Positions 6,983-13,853 of a stretch of 32,000 bases of DNA are shown here, piece after piece (within the stretch, counting starts at the first letter, position 1; every line of letters begins with the position of its first letter). Below the pieces are notes generated by a model that made no database searches, was not told the DNA's origin, and saw only the letters and a program-made list of their open reading frames with translations. Origin of the DNA: Candidatus Babelota bacterium. GTDB lineage: Bacteria > Babelota > Babeliae > Babelales > Vermiphilaceae. Made by a program: the position numbers and the translations under genes. The stretch spans positions 690,001 through 722,000 of the forward strand of contig JBDHVY010000001.1 in NCBI GenBank assembly GCA_039809905.1. The letters run 5' to 3'.

Positions 6983-7291
6983 TTATTTTTTGGTAAAATT
7001 ATGAATTTTATCAAAAGCATTAAAAATGGAATAAGATCCTGCCAAGATAGCTATCGAAGCTGGAGTCTTAAGGAAATAGCGTGCTATGCGCGGATGGTAT
7101 TGTGCAGCATTACGACCTTTTAAATAAAGAGAGACTCCACTACCAGTAAATATTATACCCCAAGGTAACTCTGGATCTTTTGCAACAGGATTGATTTCGT
7201 TAAGTTTATTGATAATAGGATTGCTATCTGATGCTAGCAAACTTGCTGCCGACAAAAAAATAGCAAATAGTAACACTTTTGAAGCTTTCAT
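6983..7291 (-). CDS. Small secreted or membrane protein, first gene of the array transcription unit
   Basis: Signal peptide MKASKVLLFAIFLSAASLLA. AGAGG RBS. Lies 15 nt upstream of P6. The region upstream (7292-7380) looks like a divergent fourth copy of the cassette promoter (TTGACC-17 nt-TAACTT). Confidence 0.6.
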   Translation of the reverse strand: MKASKVLLFAIFLSAASLLASDSNPIINKLNEINPVAKDPELPWGIIFTGSGVSLYLKGRNAAQYHPRIARYFLKTPASIAILAGSYSIFNAFDKIHNFTKK

Positions 7292-7463
7292 TGTATTAAC
7301 CTCTTATTATTAAACAATATAATATTATTAATAAAGTTACCAAATGAAATTAAATTGGTCAAATGGGCTATAAACAGGGTGTTTTGACGCAAAAAAGGGC
7401 GATTTTTAGCGCAATTATCGCCATTGCTCTAAATTGGGCACCCATTTTACAGGAATAAAGGTA

Positions 7464-7493
7464 CAAAAAAAGGGTGATTCTTATGAATTACCC
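7464..7493 (-). terminator. Hairpin plus T-tract terminator (minus-strand sense)
   Basis: Minus strand reads GGGTAATTC-ataa-GAATCACCC followed by TTTTTTT. Confidence 0.5.
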
Positions 7494-7497
7494 TAAA

Positions 7498-7640
7498 AGT
7501 GAAATGCGCTTAATCCTTCAATAAGTTCCGGCTTCGCTCCTCTTACGCCAAGGCTACAAAGGGCACGCAAGGCTTCGTCGGACACATCAGAATGAGCGTA
7601 AAAATGCTATTAGGTAGATATTATCAGAGTTTTTTATATG
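7498..7640 (-). ncRNA. Candidate small RNA or structured element of unknown class in a GC-rich island
   Basis: About 140 nt bracketed by two minus-strand terminators. By hand count 7521-7590 is 39/70 G+C, against a background near 33%. A possible extended -10 (cTGaTAATAT) lies at about 7612-7621 on the minus strand. No ORF. Strand and boundaries are uncertain. Confidence 0.2.
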
Positions 7641-7674
7641 AAAAAAGGGGTGATTTGTATAAATCACCCCTTTT
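7641..7674 (-). terminator. Rho-independent terminator of rpsF-rpsR
   Basis: GGGGTGATTT-gtat-AAATCACCCC. On the minus strand it is followed by TTTTTT. Confidence 0.75.
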
Positions 7675-7719
7675 ACATTTTTTAACGCCTATTCTCGTAG
7701 TGTTAACGAAGAGAATGGC

Positions 7720-8007
7720 CTAAAATGCTGGCCCTGAGTATGGTAATAATGCCATAACACGAGACTTTCTGATTTCTTGAGAAATAGAACGCTGGTGGCG
7801 TGCACATGCACCAGAAATTCGAGAAGGTAAAATTTTACCGCGTTCAGTCAAAAAGCCCTTCAGGAAGGTAGCATTTTTGTAATCTATTCCGTACACTTGC
7901 TCTTTATCAGAACAGAAACGACACATTTTTGAACGGTTACCATTGCCACGGCGTGAACGTTTTTTAACCAAACGTGCGCTGATTTTTAATTTAATTTTTT
8001 TTGTCAT
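7720..8007 (-). CDS. rpsR: 30S ribosomal protein S18
   Basis: CRFC...IDYKN...[24 protein letters not shown]...I...R.MALLPY, the S18 signature. Confidence 0.9.
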   Translation of the reverse strand: MTKKIKLKISARLVKKRSRRGNGNRSKMCRFCSDKEQVYGIDYKNATFLKGFLTERGKILPSRISGACARHQRSISQEIRKSRVMALLPYSGPAF

Positions 8008-8036
8008 GATTTAAGTCCTTATTATTTCAATATGAT

Positions 8037-8471
8037 TTAGTCTTCGTCGATATCGTCTCTATCATCAGCAGCAAAGAATCCTGGCATTTTGTTATCTTTA
8101 GCAAAATTATCAGTTTCGCGTGCTGGAGCTTCTTCTAGAGAGCGAGGTCGTTGATATGTAAGAGGATTTTTTGGATCAAGCACAGAAATCATATCACGCA
8201 TAATAACATTGTTTAATTTAACTTTAAGCAATGTTTTTAAATCATTAACGGTTGTTGTGCCTTGTGGAAGTTCAAAGCGTGCAAGGAAAAAAACACCGTA
8301 ATCATTTTTATTGATTTCGTATGCTAAACGATATTTTCCCCAACGTTCGAAAGAAATAATAGAACCTGTTCCTGCTTTGATAGTTTTATCAAGCTGGGTT
8401 TCAAGGTGTTTTGCTTCGTCACCGGTAATTTCCGGCACGGTTAGCAATAATGCCTCGTATTGTCTCAACAT
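8037..8471 (-). CDS. rpsF: 30S ribosomal protein S6 (acidic C-terminal tail)
   Basis: MLRQYEALLLT.P...WGKYRLAYEINK..YGVFF. C-terminal DDRDDIDED. Lies directly upstream of rpsR. Confidence 0.9.
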   Translation of the reverse strand: MLRQYEALLLTVPEITGDEAKHLETQLDKTIKAGTGSIISFERWGKYRLAYEINKNDYGVFFLARFELPQGTTTVNDLKTLLKVKLNNVIMRDMISVLDPKNPLTYQRPRSLEEAPARETDNFAKDNKMPGFFAADDRDDIDED

Positions 8472-8521
8472 GTGTGAACCTTTGTAATAATGGAAGTTAA
8501 ATTATAACTATAAAGCTAATA

Positions 8522-8555
8522 CCCCAATTTCGCAGAGCCTGCAATTGGGGACCCC
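8522..8555 (-). promoter_or_regulatory. GGGGTCCCCA stem-loop motif (copy B) in the rpsF leader
   Basis: Minus strand reads GGGGTCCCCAATT-N13-AATTGGGG, ending 50 nt before the rpsF ATG. Confidence 0.45.
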
Positions 8556-8718
8556 GGTGAAGATGAACAACATTGGGAGTAAATTGCTTTATTGAGCTTG
8601 GTTTACCAAACCCTCTATACATGAGAATAGCAGAAACCCTGTAAAATACTAGATTTAAGCCCTAAGTTTTTGTAAATAAAAACCGGGGAACAATTATAAA
8701 TATAGCTTTGGATAGGGC

Positions 8719-9177
8719 TTATTTTTCAGATTGTTCGAGCTTTTCTTTCAGCTGCTTTTTGTGTTCTTCAAAATTTTTTGCAAGCTGTTCTATGTTAGCC
8801 ACTATCCAATCTGACCCTTGATAAAGAGAAGCTATAACAGGTTTGTTTTCATTATGTTTTCTAAAATCTTTGGAAAATTGCTTCAAGCCAGCTGCTGCAG
8901 GAGTTGAATATGGTTCCAGACCAGCAATAATATCATCACGTTTTTCATAAGCAATAACGGCAGTACCTATAGCTACTAAGACTGGAGCTCCTAGCAAAGC
9001 AGAGGTAGCACCGACTACTATAAGTCCTTCTGGAGTACACAATGGTTTTACGGTAGAGGCATATTTTTCATATAAACTATTGGGTTCTTGTTGTTGTGTA
9101 TTTTGATCTTCAGTATAAGTAATGGACGGAGATATTGTTAGAAAGGCAAGGATAAGAATTTTTTTTGAAATAGCCAT
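8719..9177 (-). CDS. Hypothetical secreted or membrane protein
   Basis: Start moved to MAISKKILILAFLTISPS, because the tracked start is a GTG. Central hydrophobic segment GLIVVGATSALLGAPVLVAIGTAVIAY. Confidence 0.55.
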   Translation of the reverse strand: MAISKKILILAFLTISPSITYTEDQNTQQQEPNSLYEKYASTVKPLCTPEGLIVVGATSALLGAPVLVAIGTAVIAYEKRDDIIAGLEPYSTPAAAGLKQFSKDFRKHNENKPVIASLYQGSDWIVANIEQLAKNFEEHKKQLKEKLEQSEK

Positions 9178-9264
9178 GTAGTCTTTTCCCACAGTAATAA
9201 TATATGTATGTATAAAAAACGTTATATATTACAAAAATAACAATTGTGTTCAGTCTGTCAAGAT

Positions 9265-9303
9265 AAAAAAATGAGCTTAGATTATTTCTAAGCTCATTTT
9301 TTT
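9265..9303 (-). terminator. Terminator downstream of the LexA/CI-like gene
   Basis: aaaaaaATGAGCTTAG-attattt-CTAAGCTCATtttttt. Confidence 0.7.
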
Positions 9304-9394
9304 AAATCTTTTTTAGCCCAATCTTTATGTTATTCTTGTTGGGTACCCATTGAAGGATACTGAAAATGGGTTAAATAAGCCTGTCGTAAATTAT

Positions 9395-10072
9395 TTATGC
9401 AAATTTTTGGCTGCGTTGGATAACACGACCAATTATTCTGAAATGATCTTTACCGCGAACAAGCGCTATAGGAGGTTGTTTGTGGTTAACAGATTCAAGA
9501 ACAATAAAGTCTTCAGTGTAAGTAACTTGCATAATTGCTTTAGTTGGCGTATCGTTACCAAATTCTACAGCAGCAATATCACCTGAGCGTGTCCATATTT
9601 CAGGAGAAACGATCAAATAATCACCTTTAATAAATGTTGGTGCCATTGCGTTGTTTTCAACACAAAGAGCAAACATTGCATTATCAGCTGAATTAAATAC
9701 TGGAACAAATATATCTTTGTAGCCAGTTGTGACTTGCATTAATTGGTTATTATAAGGAGATGGATTTGAAGGAACTTCTCCAACAACAGGAACAACTTTA
9801 ACTTGTAATTCAAGGTCTGATTGTTCTGGCATGCTGACATTTTTATCAATGTCATCAGTGCGTTGACGGTGTTCAGCAAAAAGATCAATTGGGCTAATTT
9901 CAAACGCTTGAGATAATTTTCTTAATGAATCTTCATTCCAGCGGCGTGTACCGTTTTTAATATGGGTAAGATAACTTTCAGACATCCCGGTTTTTTCAGC
10001 GAGGATCTTAGTTGTCCAACCTTTTTCTCTTAAAAGTTCTTTTACTCGTAATTGAGTAGATATTGAAATCAT
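9395..10072 (-). CDS. HTH-XRE / S24 (LexA, lambda CI-like) transcriptional repressor, predicted non-cleavable
   Basis: Start moved to MISISTQLRV (AGGAG RBS 8 nt upstream). HTH: LREKGWTTKILAEKTGMSESYLTHIKNG. The C-terminal domain aligns by eye with lambda CI: FALCVENNAMAPTF..GDYLIVSPE...GDIAAVEF....IGRVIQ. The Ser of the G-x-S-M motif is Ala here. Confidence 0.8.
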   Translation of the reverse strand: MISISTQLRVKELLREKGWTTKILAEKTGMSESYLTHIKNGTRRWNEDSLRKLSQAFEISPIDLFAEHRQRTDDIDKNVSMPEQSDLELQVKVVPVVGEVPSNPSPYNNQLMQVTTGYKDIFVPVFNSADNAMFALCVENNAMAPTFIKGDYLIVSPEIWTRSGDIAAVEFGNDTPTKAIMQVTYTEDFIVLESVNHKQPPIALVRGKDHFRIIGRVIQRSQKFA

Positions 10073-10164
10073 CTTTATATCTCCTTGCAATGTGGTTATA
10101 CTTATGGTAACAATTGAGACGACAGTATTATTTCTAATTGTACTCATCTTGGCGACTTTGTCAA

Positions 10165-10911
10165 ATGGAAATGAAAATAATGGTCATAGTGCGACAAACA
10201 GGCAATATTAAAAAAAATTCATTCGAGTATGATGCATGGCAAAACAATGCACTGGTAGTAGGTATTGATGAAGTTGGGCGAGGTTGCTTAGCTGGTCCGG
10301 TGGTTGCGGCGGCGGTTATTCTTCCTATTAATAAAGCTAATCGAATTCTCAAAGATTCAAAAGTGATGACATTATCAGAGCGCAATACTGCCTCCAGATG
10401 GATCAAAAAGCATTGTCATTATGGTATTGGCGTTGTTCATCATCGAATAATTGATCAACATAATATTTGGCGAGCAACCTTGATTGCTATGAAAAAGGCG
10501 TTACTGCATGTGCTTGAAGGCGTGCATACACGACCATCAGTAATCATTACTGATGCTATGCCATTAAATCTTTCTGATACACATTTTCATGACATTCCCG
10601 TTTATTATTTCCCTAAGGGAGAATCTAAATCTCATTCTATTGCGGCAGCTTCAATTATTGCTAAAGTTACCAGAGATGCCATGATGGAGTTATACGATGT
10701 GGCAATTCCAGGCTATGGATTAAAAGAAAATAAAGGGTATGGTACGCCTAAACACAAAAAAGTGGTCAAAGAACAGCATTATTCATTTATTCACCGTGTG
10801 CATTTTGTAGAGACGATTTTAAAAAATGATGAAAAAAAAGAAGAACAGTTGTCTTTATATATAGGTGAGGTTGGTAATGATAAAGGAGAGACCTTTTGCA
10901 GAAGTAATTGA
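10165..10911 (+). CDS. rnhB: Ribonuclease HII
   Basis: VGIDEVGRGCLAGPVVAAAV, KDSK.L....R, SIAAASIIAKV.RD. The start is uncertain (10138, 10165, 10171 or 10180). The 3' end overlaps the next gene. Confidence 0.85.
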   Translation: MEMKIMVIVRQTGNIKKNSFEYDAWQNNALVVGIDEVGRGCLAGPVVAAAVILPINKANRILKDSKVMTLSERNTASRWIKKHCHYGIGVVHHRIIDQHNIWRATLIAMKKALLHVLEGVHTRPSVIITDAMPLNLSDTHFHDIPVYYFPKGESKSHSIAAASIIAKVTRDAMMELYDVAIPGYGLKENKGYGTPKHKKVVKEQHYSFIHRVHFVETILKNDEKKEEQLSLYIGEVGNDKGETFCRSN

Positions 10912-11476
10912 AAGTTCATTAACAGGTTGGGTAGCCCAAAGTTGGTCATGGGATACATTTCCAGAATTTGGTTCTTTTGTTGCAATAGAAAGCAAAAAAA
11001 GAACTTTGTTTGGGATTGTGCATCAAGTACAAACTGGGTCCATGGATTCTGTGCGGTACCCATTTCCCTATCAAAAAACAGAAGAAGAGCTTTTAAAAGA
11101 GCAGCCACAGATATTTGAATTTCTTAAAACAACTTTTTCTTGTATTGCGATTGGATACCAAGAAAAGAAATCTATTTCATATCTTATTGCTCCAGAGCCA
11201 CCTAAAATTCATTCTTTCATTACTCACCCTGATGAATCAACAAGTAAGATTTTTTTTGCAAGCACCAGATATCTGCATCTTCTTTTTACCCATTCATCGA
11301 ATATTTTTAATGTTGATGAATTATTATTAGCTTTGCTCAAGCAACACAAGGATCTGAATATTTTAACTCTGGAAAAAATTAATGTATTTATGCAAACATA
11401 TTCATTGCTTATCGGTAATGATTATCGTCGTGTTAAATTATTTTTACAGCGTGTTGAGCATATGATGCATGGATGA
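10877..11476 (+). CDS. Hypothetical protein (N-terminus faintly resembles a small beta-barrel of the HAS-barrel type)
   Basis: ATG at 10877 preceded by GGTGAGG; the tracked start is a GTG. No motif I can name with confidence. Confidence 0.5.
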   Translation: MIKERPFAEVIESSLTGWVAQSWSWDTFPEFGSFVAIESKKRTLFGIVHQVQTGSMDSVRYPFPYQKTEEELLKEQPQIFEFLKTTFSCIAIGYQEKKSISYLIAPEPPKIHSFITHPDESTSKIFFASTRYLHLLFTHSSNIFNVDELLLALLKQHKDLNILTLEKINVFMQTYSLLIGNDYRRVKLFLQRVEHMMHG

Positions 11477-11479
11477 ATA

Positions 11480-12388
11480 ATGAAAAACTATTTTTTGGAG
11501 ATAGTTGTTATAATCTGTACGTTTTCGACGATAGTATGCCAAGAACCTTGGCATATTATTGGATATGAAAATCGTGGCGAATTTGAAAAAAGAATTGTTT
11601 TTTTAGAAGATAATACGCATAAAAAATTTGTGCTTAAATGCTATGATGATAATCAACAAGAAGAAGCGATTAGTGAAAGCATAGGATCATTTATTGGTGG
11701 TAGCATTGGTGTTCCGGTGCATACGACATCTATCATGATGTCCGGACCTCTTTTGGCTGAAATAAGTAATGGTACATCGTTGGCAACATTGCATGAATGC
11801 GTACCCGGGCGACAATTGGGAAAATGGTTTGAAGTGGTAGAGCATGATATTGTTTTAAAAGGTGGAGTATTATCCGAAAGACATTTAAATAGCTTAGCAA
11901 TCAATGATGATTTATGTGATATTGTTGCTCTTGATATATTTTTAAATAATAAGGATAGGCATCACGAAAACTGTTTTTTTGATGAAAGTACATCGCGCTA
12001 TTATGGAATAGACATGGGAGATATTTTTCTTGAGGTGCAAAAAATTCCCAACATTGAAAAAGATATATCTCCTCAACAAATCAAGATGTTTTTGATACTT
12101 ATTTTTGAAAAAAAAATAGTTGCTTTAAATACGTATTGTTTTTTACAAACTATCGATGCCAAGAATCTTTCATCTCAGCAGAAAAAAGCGTTACAGCGTC
12201 TTTCAGATACTCTGGAGCATCTTGTTGCTGCTTATTCTATAGATTCTTTGTTTAATTTGTGGATGTCTAAATCTCAGGAAATTGATTATGTTTACACCAA
12301 GTATAAACAATTCTACCTCAGGTTTGTTCTTGCCTTTAATATGTATTGGGTACAGCGGGTAATAAATCAAATACATATAATTTTTTAA
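11480..12388 (+). CDS. PI3K/PI4K-like (atypical) kinase-fold protein with N-terminal signal or TM segment
   Basis: N-terminus NYFLEIVVIICTFSTIVC. FVLKCY (ATP-binding Lys candidate), LHECVPG (hinge-like), NKDRHHENCFF (catalytic-loop DRHxxN), then YGIDMGD 10 residues later (DFG-equivalent). The ATG lies 4 nt after the upstream stop. Confidence 0.6.
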   Translation: MKNYFLEIVVIICTFSTIVCQEPWHIIGYENRGEFEKRIVFLEDNTHKKFVLKCYDDNQQEEAISESIGSFIGGSIGVPVHTTSIMMSGPLLAEISNGTSLATLHECVPGRQLGKWFEVVEHDIVLKGGVLSERHLNSLAINDDLCDIVALDIFLNNKDRHHENCFFDESTSRYYGIDMGDIFLEVQKIPNIEKDISPQQIKMFLILIFEKKIVALNTYCFLQTIDAKNLSSQQKKALQRLSDTLEHLVAAYSIDSLFNLWMSKSQEIDYVYTKYKQFYLRFVLAFNMYWVQRVINQIHIIF

Positions 12389-12498
12389 CTGTTTTTAATA
12401 CCAATTCCAAATTCAAGCTTGCAATTATTTCATTTTGAATTATTATAATAATTAATCTTTATTATAAATCATTATAATTTTATCCTTAGGGGGACAAT

Positions 12499-12783
12499 AT
12501 GAATATGTCGATAACAAAAATTTCTGCTTTAGCAATAATAATGACTATTTCTACTACTGCTTTATCAATGCAACCAAGAGAAAAGCGCCAGATGAGCGCC
12601 TATAGTGATATAGAAAACGGTACATGGGTTAAAGTACCCTACAGTGAGGGATACGTTTGGATGCAACAGAACTCTACTATAGTTGTGAGTGAGCGAATTA
12701 ATGAATTGGGTCAAACTGTTGTCACTACACATTATCATATTGCTTACGAAAATTCAGAGATTAGAAAAGGCCCAAAGCAGTAG
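12499..12783 (+). CDS. Small hypothetical secreted protein
   Basis: AGGGGGA RBS. Signal-like MSITKISALAIIMTISTTALS. Confidence 0.5.
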   Translation: MNMSITKISALAIIMTISTTALSMQPREKRQMSAYSDIENGTWVKVPYSEGYVWMQQNSTIVVSERINELGQTVVTTHYHIAYENSEIRKGPKQ

Positions 12784-12821
12784 AGATGTTTGGGCTATAA
12801 AAAGCTCTTTAGAATAAAAAC

Positions 12822-12874
12822 AAAAAAATTGCTGTTTTTTGCTGATTAAAAGCCAAAAACAGCAATTTTTTTGT
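12822..12874. terminator. Long AT-rich perfect inverted repeat (19-bp arms), probable terminator
   Basis: CAAAAAAATTGCTGTTTTT-N15-AAAAACAGCAATTTTTTTG followed by a T-run. Confidence 0.55.
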
Positions 12875-12918
12875 TTTTTGATAGAATAAATATCATAATC
12901 TACTAATTCAAGGGCGTT

Positions 12919-13809
12919 ATGTTTAGTTTCATCAAAAATAAATTACAAAAAATATTCAGTTCAGTTACTTCAAAATTAGGGTCATTTTTCACTAAAACAA
13001 CAATAGATGCAGCAGCACTTAAAGAGCTTGAGATTTTGTTAATTTCTAGCGATGTGGGTGTTACAACAACACAATCTATTATTGCTCAATTAAAAAAACA
13101 GGTTGATGCTGGTGTAATGGATGGTGCGCAATTAAAAGCATCAATGCATACAATTCTTTTAGATATTCTTACTAAAAATCAACTAATTGATTCTGCTGAG
13201 CAGAAAGTATTTTTATTTGTTGGCATTAATGGAAGTGGAAAAACAACCAGTATAGGTAAACTTGCTCACCTGTATACTCAACAAGGCAAAAAGGTATTAC
13301 TTGTTGCAGCTGATACTTTTAGGGCTGCTGCTCCAGAACAATTAAAAGAGTGGGCTCGTATCTCTCAGGCAGATATTCTATGCGGTAAAGAAGGGCAAGA
13401 TCCCGCATCGCTTGTGTTTCAAGGATGTGAAAAATTTAAAAAAGAACACTATGATATTTTGATTATTGATACTGCGGGGCGATTGCAGACAAAAATAAAC
13501 TTAATGCATGAGCTTGCAAAGATAAAGCGCGCTGTTGAAAAACAACTTTCTGATTGTTCGGTTGTTACGTTGCTAACTATTGATGCAATGCTTGGCCAAA
13601 ATTCATTTGAGCAAGCAAAATTATTTAAAGAAGCAACCGATGTCACGGGTATTGTTTTAACCAAAATGGATGGTACAGGAAAAGGTGGTATTGTGTTTGC
13701 TATTGCACAGGAATTGAATATTCCGGTAGCGTTTCTTACCTTTGGTGAACAAGCGGAACAGATCAAAATATTTAACGCAGAAGAATACGTAACAGATTTG
13801 TTAGGATGA
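12919..13809 (+). CDS. ftsY: Signal recognition particle receptor FtsY (short NG-only form)
   Basis: GINGSGKTTSIGKLA, DTAGRL, TKMDGTGKGG. 296 aa. Confidence 0.9.
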   Translation: MFSFIKNKLQKIFSSVTSKLGSFFTKTTIDAAALKELEILLISSDVGVTTTQSIIAQLKKQVDAGVMDGAQLKASMHTILLDILTKNQLIDSAEQKVFLFVGINGSGKTTSIGKLAHLYTQQGKKVLLVAADTFRAAAPEQLKEWARISQADILCGKEGQDPASLVFQGCEKFKKEHYDILIIDTAGRLQTKINLMHELAKIKRAVEKQLSDCSVVTLLTIDAMLGQNSFEQAKLFKEATDVTGIVLTKMDGTGKGGIVFAIAQELNIPVAFLTFGEQAEQIKIFNAEEYVTDLLG

Positions 13810-13810
13810 C

Positions 13811-13842
13811 AAAAAACCTCAATTTCTAGATTGAGGTTTTTT
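13811..13842. terminator. Bidirectional terminator between the convergent ftsY and EEP genes
   Basis: aaaaAACCTCAAT-ttctag-ATTGAGGTTtttt. Confidence 0.75.
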
Positions 13843-13853
13843 GCATATATTGC

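Noticed and set aside
7504-7601. Possible small SRP (4.5S) RNA, prompted by the roughly 98-nt hairpin shape and a GCCAAGGC octamer also present in E. coli 4.5S RNA
   Set aside because: I could not place the conserved domain IV features (a GNRA-type tetraloop closed by C-G, and the flanking AGG/AGCA loops) on either strand. It is kept only as an unclassified ncRNA candidate.
10138-10164. Longest-ORF starts that make rnhB (10138) and the repressor gene (10147) overlap head to head
   Set aside because: Both extensions lack an RBS and add non-homologous residues. Internal starts (10072 with an AGGAG RBS; about 10165 for rnhB) restore a normal divergent promoter region.
10791-11330. ORFs at 10791-11108 (minus), 10927-11118 (plus) and 11115-11330 (plus)
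   Set aside because: They are alternative-frame or antisense overlaps of the rnhB 3' end and the 10877-11476 gene. Their products are low complexity and they have no RBS.
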